Shown in pieces: positions 1 to 8,294 of a stretch of 64,000 nucleotides of DNA. Position 1 is the first letter of the stretch; each line of letters begins with the position of its first letter. The translations under genes and the position numbers were made by a program. Below the pieces are notes generated by a model. That model worked only from the letters and a program-made list of their open reading frames with translations. It was not told the origin of the DNA and did not search any database. Source of the stretch: a virus; IMG/VR virus record IMGVR_UViG_3300024983_000001, positions 32,001 through 96,000 of that record; one strand, written 5' to 3'.

Positions 1-137
1 ATGTCTGTACGGCGAATAGTGTGGCCGGATTTCCAAAGAGATAACATTATTTGACCCAACGCCACCCCCACGCAAAGACTCCACGCAATTAACAAACCAC
101 TCCAAAAAATAATAACTATGTATAGCTGAGTAATCAT
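1..137 (-). CDS. Small membrane protein, partial (runs off window start)
   Basis: Hand translation MITQLYIVIIFWSGLLIAWSLCVGVALGQ...; hydrophobic, no stop within the window. Confidence 0.5.
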   Translation of the reverse strand, partial: MITQLYIVIIFWSGLLIAWSLCVGVALGQIMLSLWKSGHTIRRTD

Positions 138-142
138 TTGTT

Positions 143-394
143 TTAATTACCTAATACATCATTGTGTTTGGACTTCTCCAAATTGGATAATCTGTGGTCC
201 AAACTATTAATTCGTTTTGTGTTATCTTCTACTTGACCCATTATAGCTTGGTTTCTAAGTAACATATTTGATAGGGTAACATATGCAGGTGGTTTTGAAT
301 GTTTATAGCCAAAATATCCAATAGTACCACCTAATACCAAAACAACTGCAATTAATTTGATCCAAAAAACACGAATTGTTGCTTGTGAAGTCAT
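143..394 (-). CDS. Single-TM coiled-coil protein
   Basis: Start reset to MTSQ after a GAGGA RBS; TM helix then coiled coil; late promoter at 417-424. Confidence 0.7.
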   Translation of the reverse strand: MTSQATIRVFWIKLIAVVLVLGGTIGYFGYKHSKPPAYVTLSNMLLRNQAIMGQVEDNTKRINSLDHRLSNLEKSKHNDVLGN

Positions 395-416
395 GGCTTT
401 ATCCTCTCGTATGTCA

Positions 417-424
417 TATTTATA
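417..424 (-). promoter_or_regulatory. T4-type late promoter TATAAATA
   Basis: Exact consensus ~23 nt upstream of the start; divergent GATAAATA copy at 460-467 (+). Confidence 0.7.
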
Positions 425-490
425 AACATTATCGAAAATCACGAAATAATCTAACAAACGATAAATACTATAAAGATTTGGAGTAACACA

Positions 491-787
491 ATGTCTGAAA
501 ACAACCAAGAAGATAACACAATCAAAGTTCGTATCCCCGCAACTTTAACACTGCGGGATATTGTTACGTTTGTAGCTCTTGCTGTGTCTATTACTATGGC
601 TTGGGGGGTTTTTGGAACACGATTAACAGTTGTGGAAAATCAATTAGTTACTATGACCAAAACCGACGAAGAGCTTAAATCTCAGATAAAGGATATGAAC
701 CAGCGTATTTTTCAATTGGAAAATAGACTGCGTGATAATGAGTCTGCGATGGAAGATATATGGCGTTATGTTAGGAAGGCTCCGTGA
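491..787 (+). CDS. Single-TM coiled-coil protein
   Basis: GGAG RBS; TM IVTFVALAVSITMAWGVF then coiled coil. Confidence 0.7.
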   Translation: MSENNQEDNTIKVRIPATLTLRDIVTFVALAVSITMAWGVFGTRLTVVENQLVTMTKTDEELKSQIKDMNQRIFQLENRLRDNESAMEDIWRYVRKAP

Positions 788-1230
788 TTATCAAAAAAAT
801 CTTGTTTATTTTAACGTTAGTGTTTGTTGTGTTCGGTTCAGCAAACGCAACCGGCCCACAACCCGCTACTATGCCTATTATTGAAGGAGCAAACCCAACA
901 ACTTCATTAACGTATGAAGATTTGCGAGCTATATTCACTCTTGTGGTATCCAGATGGGCAGATGGAAGTAGGATTGTCGTTGTAATCTTATCAAGCGATA
1001 ACGAATTACAACGACAATTTTTATTTGAGTATTTTGGTTTGACGCCAGCCAGATACAACGAAATTGTTGAATCTCGTGTTAGTTCGGGTAGAGCTAAACC
1101 ACCAGTTATTGTCAACACAGAAAGTGAAATGATACGCAAGGTGAGTGGTACTGTAGGGAGTGTTGGGTTCACTAGCCGTGACATATACATCGGCGCCAAA
1201 GATGGCGTCAAGGTTGTTCCGATTTTTTAA
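784..1230 (+). CDS. Secreted periplasmic-binding-protein-like half domain (PstS/PBP2-like)
   Basis: Signal peptide; LTYEDLRAIF..W.DG..I.VV and EMIRKV...GSVGF patterns. Confidence 0.55.
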   Translation: MIIKKILFILTLVFVVFGSANATGPQPATMPIIEGANPTTSLTYEDLRAIFTLVVSRWADGSRIVVVILSSDNELQRQFLFEYFGLTPARYNEIVESRVSSGRAKPPVIVNTESEMIRKVSGTVGSVGFTSRDIYIGAKDGVKVVPIF

Positions 1231-1285
1231 TACAAACGTTGGAAGTTGTTAGGTACTGCTTCTAATTAGACCCGCCGGGGGAAAC

Positions 1286-1312
1286 AATAAAACCGCCAGA
1301 GGCGGTTTTATT
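1286..1312. terminator. Bidirectional intrinsic terminator
   Basis: AATAAAACCGCC-AGA-GGCGGTTTTATT between convergent genes. Confidence 0.85.
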
Positions 1313-1328
1313 TTATAACAGATTGTGG

Positions 1329-2093
1329 TTAGTCTTCCGTTTGTTCAGCAGCAACAATCCAAGCTTTAACCAAATCGCTGCGTACAATATCACTCGATGT
1401 AAATTGTACTGACGAAAACTGTTTCATCTTCTCAGCAGTTGAAAGTAATCGTTGCATGCCTGTTTTTTCGGTTGAACGTTTGTTGAGGTCCGTTTGAACT
1501 AAATCGCCCGTAAAGATAACGCGCGAATTTTCGCCAACTCGAGTCATAACACTGTTGATTTCGTGCCAGGTTAAGTTTTGTGCTTCGTCCACAATAATAA
1601 CTGCATTATCCCACGTCAATCCACGAATGTAAGAAGTGGTTACGAAGCGAATAAGACTAGCCTCTTTCATGTTTTCATATGTACTGTATCTACCAAAAAG
1701 GTCAGCAAGAATATCACGATAAGGAGTTTCGAACAAGGCCGTTTTCTCTTCCAATGTACCAGGCATATATCCCAAATCTCGGGTTGCCACAGCAGACCTA
1801 ACAATCACTACGTGATTTTGTGGACGATTTCCATCTAAAACATCACACAGTGCTAGATAAAATGCGAGATATGATTTACCTGTACCAGCTGATCCGTATG
1901 CTACTAACTGATCTCCCTGAAAATACTGGGTAAACATATTATGTTGGTTGTTCGTTAGAGGTTTAATGCTTTTGAGGTCAAATTTACTCCAAGTTTTCTT
2001 GTTTGGTCCTTCCTCCATTGCACGTTTATTGTTGTTGATCAAATAAACTTCTGCAATTTCATCTCTCTGTCTAGTCCTTCTACTTTTAGCCAT
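1329..2093 (-). CDS. phoH: PhoH-family ATPase
   Basis: GSAGTGKS, LGYMPG, YIRGLT, DEAQN, GDLVQTD, DIVRS motifs; start MAKSRR after AAGGAG. Confidence 0.95.
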   Translation of the reverse strand: MAKSRRTRQRDEIAEVYLINNNKRAMEEGPNKKTWSKFDLKSIKPLTNNQHNMFTQYFQGDQLVAYGSAGTGKSYLAFYLALCDVLDGNRPQNHVVIVRSAVATRDLGYMPGTLEEKTALFETPYRDILADLFGRYSTYENMKEASLIRFVTTSYIRGLTWDNAVIIVDEAQNLTWHEINSVMTRVGENSRVIFTGDLVQTDLNKRSTEKTGMQRLLSTAEKMKQFSSVQFTSSDIVRSDLVKAWIVAAEQTED

Positions 2094-2187
2094 TGTTGTA
2101 GACTCCTTTACGGTTGTTGTTTTTGTTACTTTCCTAGACGATCGTGGTTTTGGTAGTGTTGTTTTGATAAAATCTCCTTTCGAATTG

Positions 2188-2772
2188 TTACACAATCGTA
2201 TCCAAGATACGCTTTCTTTTATTAACGTCCCCATTACTCTGAATAATGTGTGACGATAATTTCATTACATCCACCGGCAAATGTCCGTTTGTAGCACGAG
2301 CATCGATTTTATCCAATATTCTATTGAATGTTTGCTCAACGGATTGTTTTTCTTCAGGTTTGCCAGTAAGATGACCAAGCACTGTTTTGATGTTGTCCAC
2401 CAAATCAATTTGTGTACTGTCAGAATGTGTTGCAGGTTCGAGTTTACGGCTAGTTATATCGGCAGCGACATCAAAAATCATTTTAAGATTTTTTTGTAAC
2501 TCGGGTGTTTTCTTTTTGGTTAATTCAAGTTCCAATTCCTTGGTAAATGCATATACCTTGGCTATGGTAAGTGCAAGTGGTTCCGGAATTACTTTGTTTG
2601 TCATCAGTACCTTGCGTACTGTCTGCTTGAGGTCGTCTACTGTTTCTGAAATTAATTGTGGAGAAGATTCAGACTCCACAAGTACTTTACAGTGGTTCAC
2701 AACAAATTCAAACATTTGCTGTTTTCGATATGTTACATTTTCTAAATCTTTAATCAAAACACTGTCACGCAT
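2188..2772 (-). CDS. Hypothetical late protein
   Basis: GAGGA RBS; CATAAATA at 2800-2807. Confidence 0.7.
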   Translation of the reverse strand: MRDSVLIKDLENVTYRKQQMFEFVVNHCKVLVESESSPQLISETVDDLKQTVRKVLMTNKVIPEPLALTIAKVYAFTKELELELTKKKTPELQKNLKMIFDVAADITSRKLEPATHSDSTQIDLVDNIKTVLGHLTGKPEEKQSVEQTFNRILDKIDARATNGHLPVDVMKLSSHIIQSNGDVNKRKRILDTIV

Positions 2773-2835
2773 TAAACACTAATCCTCTGTAGATGATTGT
2801 ATTTATGCTACTACGTTTTCAACTTAAAATAAGTT

Positions 2836-3027
2836 TCAGATGCCCTTATAAAACATACTTAAATCACCCATCGGCTCTTTAAGCCCAAAATTTCCAAGCA
2901 CCCAATCTTCAGCTTCCTGAAGCTTGAAACCGCAATACAATAAGTTTTCATCAATCGTATCACTGATGGCCTCCAACACCAAGTTGGCTCCCTCAATAAA
3001 ATCTGGATCCATGATATCTGCTCCCAA
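2836..3027 (-). CDS. Small acidic hypothetical protein
   Basis: Fills the gap; start uncertain. Confidence 0.5.
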   Translation of the reverse strand: MGADIMDPDFIEGANLVLEAISDTIDENLLYCGFKLQEAEDWVLGNFGLKEPMGDLSMFYKGI

Positions 3028-3090
3028 TAAAAAAGGTATAATAACCTGAAGTCATTATACCTTTATTTTTGCTTCTGTGCAACAGGTTGT

Positions 3091-3744
3091 TTAAATGCCT
3101 GCTGGCGCCCCTGCACCTGCAGCAGGTGTTCCTCGTGCGCCGCCACCCGCTGGCGTTCCTTGCGCAGATGTTGCGGCAACTGCAGGAGTTTGGTTTGGAT
3201 TTTGCGTTGGTTGCTGTTGAGATGCAGCACCACTTGCTTGTCTGTAGAACGAAGCCAAGCGCTGAAGTTTTTGTGCAAATTGCTGCTTCTGTTGATCATC
3301 CATCTGTTCAATTTGTGACAATGTCTGCTTGTTGCTATCCGCCAAAGCCTTGCCATTTTGTTGTGCCACTTGAATGAGTACCGAATCAACTTTACCAGGG
3401 GCATCCGAAGGTTTGGAAACACCCTTCATGATGGTAGCAAGATTAGAGGCAGGATCGCCTTTGAAGCGTGAAAGAATCGCGCCTTTGGTGTCTTCTTGGC
3501 TCAAAAGCTGAAGAGTTGCAAGCTCACTTGCAATTCTATCGACTTGTGCAGGATCAACTTTGCCTGCGCCAACCATGGCAGTGAGTTGTGTCAAGAATTC
3601 TTCAGCTGTTTCAAACAATGCTGCCGACTTATCGAATCCGGTAAGATTGGATTCGATGATAGCAACAGCTTGTTGATGTGCAGCCCAGTTAGCAGCAACT
3701 GCTTGTTCAAGGCTCTCATTAATGTCTTTAATTAGTTTGGTCAT
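3091..3744 (-). CDS. Hypothetical late (probable virion) protein with Gln/Ala/Gly-rich tail
   Basis: AAGGAG RBS; TATAAATA at 3769-3776. Confidence 0.75.
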   Translation of the reverse strand: MTKLIKDINESLEQAVAANWAAHQQAVAIIESNLTGFDKSAALFETAEEFLTQLTAMVGAGKVDPAQVDRIASELATLQLLSQEDTKGAILSRFKGDPASNLATIMKGVSKPSDAPGKVDSVLIQVAQQNGKALADSNKQTLSQIEQMDDQQKQQFAQKLQRLASFYRQASGAASQQQPTQNPNQTPAVAATSAQGTPAGGGARGTPAAGAGAPAGI

Positions 3745-3778
3745 AGTAAAACTCCTTATTGTTTCATGTATTTATACT

Positions 3779-5281
3779 TCATTTATTCTTTTGAGTATGA
3801 AACAAAGCTTTAATTGTGTTTTTGTTATCAACGGTTTCTAATTTTACATCAAAACCCCACAATGTCACAACGTGTTTAAGAACTTCTTTTGCGGAATCAC
3901 TGTCGAGATACCGATGATTGTTCATGTAGTGGCGTAGAGTCAGAGAACGATCACCCCAGCGATCCACATTGTACACCTGAATATTGGGTTCTGCTGTTGT
4001 CAAGTCATATTGGTTAGCAAGCAATGTGCGTACAGTCTTGTAACCTTCATCGTCGTGAATAGCACTAATGACATAGTCACTATCTTTCTCTTCGTCGCGA
4101 ATGCTAAACAATTTAAGGTCACGCATCACCTTAGGTGACAGATATTGGCGGATGAAACTCTCGTCCTTGAAATTTTCCATCGCAAAGTGAATTGTTTCTT
4201 TCCAATCACTACCAGCGAACTTCGGAAACCACCGCTTGTCTTCTTCAGTTGGTTCTTCACAAATGCGTTTGATGTCCATGAACATAGCAAAACCAAGTGC
4301 ATAAGGATTGATACCACTGTAGTACTTGTGGCTAAAAGGTAGTTGGCGTATAACACCTGTATGAGATGCCATAAATTCCAGCATGAAACCATCAGTGATG
4401 AGGTTTTCTTCACGCAACTTATGCATGATCGTGTAGTGTGTAAACGTAGCAAATCCTTCATTCATCACCTTGGTTTGTTTTTGGGGATAAAAGTATTGCG
4501 AAATTTTGCGCACAATACGAATAATCTCACGTTTCCACTGTGGCAGATTAGGTGCGCTCTTTTCGATGAAATATAAAATGTTTTCTTCCGGTTCAGCAGG
4601 GAAAGTCTGTTTACGTTTGAGTTCAGAATCTGGTTCATTTGATGGAACGGTACGCCACAAATCATTTACCTGGCTTTGTAGCCATTCGTTACGGTCCTTT
4701 TGACGCTGTTCTTCTTTTACCATTGAAATCTTTGACGGGCGTTTGTATTTGTCCACACCATAAGATTGCAGAGCATGACATGCATCAAGCACCTCTTCAA
4801 CTTCGTCAATGCCGTATTTTTCTTCGCAATCGTTGATGTATTTTTTTGCAAAAACCAAATAATCAACAATGCTTTCGGCGTCTGTCCACTGTTTAAACAT
4901 GTAATTGTTTTTGAAGAATGCGTTGTGGCCAATACCCGCATGTGCCATCACGAGAATCTGCATCATCATTGTGTTTTCTTCCATGCAATACACCAAACAC
5001 GGAGACGTGTTCAACACGATTTCGTATGCAAGCCCCATTTGACCGTGCTTATAACCCTTTGCATTGCGCACAAACTCTTTACCAAACGACCAGTGATTAT
5101 AATTGATTGGCATACCCACTGCAGCATAGGCATCCAGCATCTGTTCAGCACTGATAATTTCGATTTGATTTGGATAAATTTTGCATCCGAGGTATTCCGT
5201 ACCAATACGTTCAATCTCCTTGTAATATGCATCAAGTAGTTCGAACGTCCATTCGCTTTTGGTTGTAATAGGTGTACGCAT
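3779..5281 (-). CDS. spoVR: SpoVR/YcgB family protein
   Basis: YPNQIEII, GMPINYNHWSFGK, GLAYEIV, GHNAFFKNN, TKVMNEGFATF, INPYALGF. Confidence 0.95.
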   Translation of the reverse strand: MRTPITTKSEWTFELLDAYYKEIERIGTEYLGCKIYPNQIEIISAEQMLDAYAAVGMPINYNHWSFGKEFVRNAKGYKHGQMGLAYEIVLNTSPCLVYCMEENTMMMQILVMAHAGIGHNAFFKNNYMFKQWTDAESIVDYLVFAKKYINDCEEKYGIDEVEEVLDACHALQSYGVDKYKRPSKISMVKEEQRQKDRNEWLQSQVNDLWRTVPSNEPDSELKRKQTFPAEPEENILYFIEKSAPNLPQWKREIIRIVRKISQYFYPQKQTKVMNEGFATFTHYTIMHKLREENLITDGFMLEFMASHTGVIRQLPFSHKYYSGINPYALGFAMFMDIKRICEEPTEEDKRWFPKFAGSDWKETIHFAMENFKDESFIRQYLSPKVMRDLKLFSIRDEEKDSDYVISAIHDDEGYKTVRTLLANQYDLTTAEPNIQVYNVDRWGDRSLTLRHYMNNHRYLDSDSAKEVLKHVVTLWGFDVKLETVDNKNTIKALFHTQKNK

Positions 5282-6582
5282 TAAACTGATTCCTTTTCAA
5301 AAAGTTTTCTAAACACGGGAAAAATATCTTCTGGTCCATCAATAAACGCCATATCTACGTTATCGTGTGATGGCATCACTTTACTCTCAAACATTCGTGA
5401 CAATACGTTGTCATCATCACCAATTTGAATATAAGCATAATACTGAATTTGTGGAAGAATTTCATTCAACAAATGTGTGCAATACGTACTATCGTACGAA
5501 TCGTTGTCGCCATCCGATGCTTGGCAGAAATAGATATTCCACGTGCCATCATATCGTTCGGCCATAATTTCCTGCGCCAATTCGAGTGATGGCGAAACAA
5601 GTGTACCACCAGTTTCTTTGGAATAGAAAAACTCTTCTTCATCCACCTCTTTTGCGAGTGTGTGATAACGAATCGGCACAATATCAATATGTTCATATGT
5701 TCTATGTAGGAACACATACAATAACATATAGAAACGTTTTGCCATTTCCTTCTTAAATTCGTCCATACTTCCAGAAACGTCCATCAACATGAACATTACA
5801 GCGCGCGTCGTTGGAACAACCACCGTTTCAAATCGGTTGTAGCGCAAATCGATGTTATCAATGAATGGTACTGCTTTAATTTTGCGTTTCAGTGTTTCGA
5901 TTTGTTTGACGAGATCAGCAATTCTAATTTGTTCATCAGAACAATCTTTCTGCAAAATACCTTGATCATCAGTGTTATCCGCAATGTATTGGATCAAGTC
6001 AGCCAACTCTGCTTCTAACTCTTTAAGTTTACGCTTTTTTGGATTACGCAATGCAGCCCGACGTCCAACCGATTGTTTTAGTGAACGCACATAATTCAGT
6101 TTACTCGGAACCCCATCCACCGAAAAACCTGCACGTTTTAGCTTAGTTTCCTCGATGGAAGACAGTTGTTTTTTCACAAGATCGGGCAATTCCAAATCCT
6201 CGAAGAATATGTCCATGTATTCCTTTTTGGAAATCATGAATTCAAAATCATCTTCTCCATCTCCACCATTACCACTACCGCTTCCACCACTATCGCCTAG
6301 CGGTTTGGGGATGCGATCTCCTGTTACATAATCTTTATTTCCTGGATATACACGATCTGTGTCTCCACCTTTAGCATGATGAAACCAAGGTTCGCTGATA
6401 TCTTTTTTCGGAACAACAACGTTCTGATCTTTGCTATCGACAATATCACGAATATTGCCATTTTTAATATTTTCTCTAATTGCTTCTCTTACATGTTTAT
6501 TGACGCGGCGTACAAACCGTTGACGGTTTGACGAACTTTTGTTTTTACCATTAACGCGTCTGTCTACTATGTGAAAACTCAT
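5281..6582 (-). CDS. yeaH: YeaH/YhbH (DUF444) vWA-domain protein
   Basis: IVDRR.NGKNKS..NRQRF, FEDLELP, MIDAS-like DVSGSM, ETGGT, QASDGDN. Confidence 0.95.
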   Translation of the reverse strand: MSFHIVDRRVNGKNKSSSNRQRFVRRVNKHVREAIRENIKNGNIRDIVDSKDQNVVVPKKDISEPWFHHAKGGDTDRVYPGNKDYVTGDRIPKPLGDSGGSGSGNGGDGEDDFEFMISKKEYMDIFFEDLELPDLVKKQLSSIEETKLKRAGFSVDGVPSKLNYVRSLKQSVGRRAALRNPKKRKLKELEAELADLIQYIADNTDDQGILQKDCSDEQIRIADLVKQIETLKRKIKAVPFIDNIDLRYNRFETVVVPTTRAVMFMLMDVSGSMDEFKKEMAKRFYMLLYVFLHRTYEHIDIVPIRYHTLAKEVDEEEFFYSKETGGTLVSPSLELAQEIMAERYDGTWNIYFCQASDGDNDSYDSTYCTHLLNEILPQIQYYAYIQIGDDDNVLSRMFESKVMPSHDNVDMAFIDGPEDIFPVFRKLFEKESV

Positions 6583-6640
6583 ACTATCTCCAATTTTTGG
6601 TTGTATTTGTGGGCTGCATAGTCATATCTCAGTTTCCATT

Positions 6641-6669
6641 ATAATAAACTAAAACCAACAAAAAGTCAA
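6641..6669 (-). promoter_or_regulatory. Sigma70-type promoter for yeaH-spoVR
   Basis: TTGACT-17-TATTAT. Confidence 0.65.
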
Positions 6670-6726
6670 TACTTGTATCTCTATGTATAACGAATATAAA
6701 TATAAACACATAATAAGGAGAACATT

Positions 6727-6969
6727 ATGAAAACATGTAGCAAATGTGGTGTAGAAAAGGACGTTGTAGACTTCAATTATGATGGTATGTCAATTGACCT
6801 TTTGAGTTCTGTATGCAAGGATTGCAAAAGCGGTTCGGTCAAACCTGTAGTTAAAAAACCAGTAGTTAAAAAACCAGTAGTTGAGAGTGTGGCACCAGTT
6901 GTGGACGCAACGACAGCGTCCGTTATACCAGCAAGTGAGGTTACACCTTTAGAGCCTCCAAAAGAGTAA
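6727..6969 (+). CDS. Small Zn-ribbon protein with KPVVK repeats
   Basis: CSKC...CKDC; 15-bp repeat x3 at 6841-6882; TATAAATA at 6695-6702; AAGGAG RBS. Confidence 0.75.
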   Translation: MKTCSKCGVEKDVVDFNYDGMSIDLLSSVCKDCKSGSVKPVVKKPVVKKPVVESVAPVVDATTASVIPASEVTPLEPPKE

Positions 6970-6971
6970 TA

Positions 6972-7000
6972 TAAAATAAGGCCCAATGGGCCTTATTTTA
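6972..7000. terminator. Bidirectional intrinsic terminator
   Basis: TAAAATAAGGCCC-AAT-GGGCCTTATTTTA. Confidence 0.85.
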
Positions 7001-8122
7001 TATCAAGTTTGAAAATGTCACTTTTCTGTAATAGTTTTTGCCTGCACTTTGTTCTTTACCTGTTATAACTTTTCCATAACGTGTTGTCAATAACGTACAA
7101 GGCGCAAATGTGTTTGGATTAATAACTATTCCACTACTGATTGTTAGAATATATGGGCTGTAAATGTACCCCGTATCCGTTTCGCCAGCGGCCCCTTTAT
7201 AACCCACCAACACCACGTTGTTATTTGGTTGTGATTCTACAGTAAAACCGGATGTAGCGTATAGTTTAATAGTGCCACCAACATAACCAACATGCACCAA
7301 CCCATCACCTAGCTTAATATCGTCAAACAAAAATAGTACGTGATTACTTACTTTACTATTATGAGCTTGTAAATATGCTAGCATCGAAGGATCGATAACA
7401 GCAAAGTTGCCCGCACCTCTTCGGGTTGCGCGTGCTATTTCGTTAGCAGCCATGTTAATGTGTAATATTACTGATGTAATCTTTTCCGCACTAGCAAAGA
7501 CATCCTGCGCAATGTTTACTTCTTCATCAACTGCTATTTCGTACAGTTCGTTCATAAGGATGTTGTTTAGTTCAAGAGCTATTTCACTTGCCATTGCCGC
7601 AGTTAGTTCTTGTTTGGTGTCAATATCGTGAAGAGCCTTTAAGTCCTTTTCTGCTTCAACACTCCACGTTGCCGACAGCTTTTGGCTGATCGCTGTCATT
7701 GCTTGTGAAACGATTTCGATCGAAATTTTTTTATCTTGTTCATCCGTTTGGTTTAACAGGCGGGATTGTAATGAATACACTAAGCCAACTGGGCCAGATA
7801 ACGGTTGCATTCCCACTAAATTCCAATGGAAGAGTTTATCCAAAACAAGTTTTGTTATGATAAACATATTATCATTTTTTGCTAAAAAACTTGTTGTAGT
7901 GTCTGAGAATATAGCCAACAATTTATTCAATGCCTTAGGCTGTTCATGCAGTTCGTTGTCTGGAATATTACGCATCGTATTGTCGAGGATGGTGTTATAG
8001 ACTACCAGCCGCTTCTCATCAACACCATTACAGATACTATTTTTGTAAGCTGTCCATTTTTTATCAAATTTGCGTTGTTTGTAAAGTTTGTAAACGTCTT
8101 GTAACAATTGTAGTTTAAACAT
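6998..8122 (-). CDS. Divergent T4 gp23/gp24-family capsid protein paralog
   Basis: VGMQPLSGPVGLVYSL, KLSATWSVEAEKDLKALH, EI.LE, TRRGAGNF, VGYKG..ETDTGYIYSPY, TRYG. Confidence 0.85.
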   Translation of the reverse strand: MFKLQLLQDVYKLYKQRKFDKKWTAYKNSICNGVDEKRLVVYNTILDNTMRNIPDNELHEQPKALNKLLAIFSDTTTSFLAKNDNMFIITKLVLDKLFHWNLVGMQPLSGPVGLVYSLQSRLLNQTDEQDKKISIEIVSQAMTAISQKLSATWSVEAEKDLKALHDIDTKQELTAAMASEIALELNNILMNELYEIAVDEEVNIAQDVFASAEKITSVILHINMAANEIARATRRGAGNFAVIDPSMLAYLQAHNSKVSNHVLFLFDDIKLGDGLVHVGYVGGTIKLYATSGFTVESQPNNNVVLVGYKGAAGETDTGYIYSPYILTISSGIVINPNTFAPCTLLTTRYGKVITGKEQSAGKNYYRKVTFSNLI

Positions 8123-8198
8123 TTGATTTCCCTTTGTTTTTTATTGTATTGATTATATATTAGGGTTATTTTTTGTGATACCAATCGGCTATTTTAAT

Positions 8199-8227
8199 AA
8201 TTTACAGCCTGAAACATAATAAGGCAA
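8199..8227 (-). promoter_or_regulatory. Sigma70-type promoter upstream of the capsid paralog
   Basis: TTGCCT-17-TAAATT. Confidence 0.45.
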
Positions 8228-8294
8228 CAAGTTTGTTAATGCCAATAAAATAAGGAGTACAATTGTTCTCCTTATTTTTGTCTAACTACTTGAT

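Noticed and set aside
6841-6882. CRISPR-like or regulatory repeat (also 12949-13030)
   Set aside because: These are in-frame coding repeats with no spacers; no CRISPR array was seen in the window.
6998-8122. The true major capsid gene
   Set aside because: Short and divergent, with no late promoter and no gp20-22 neighbours.
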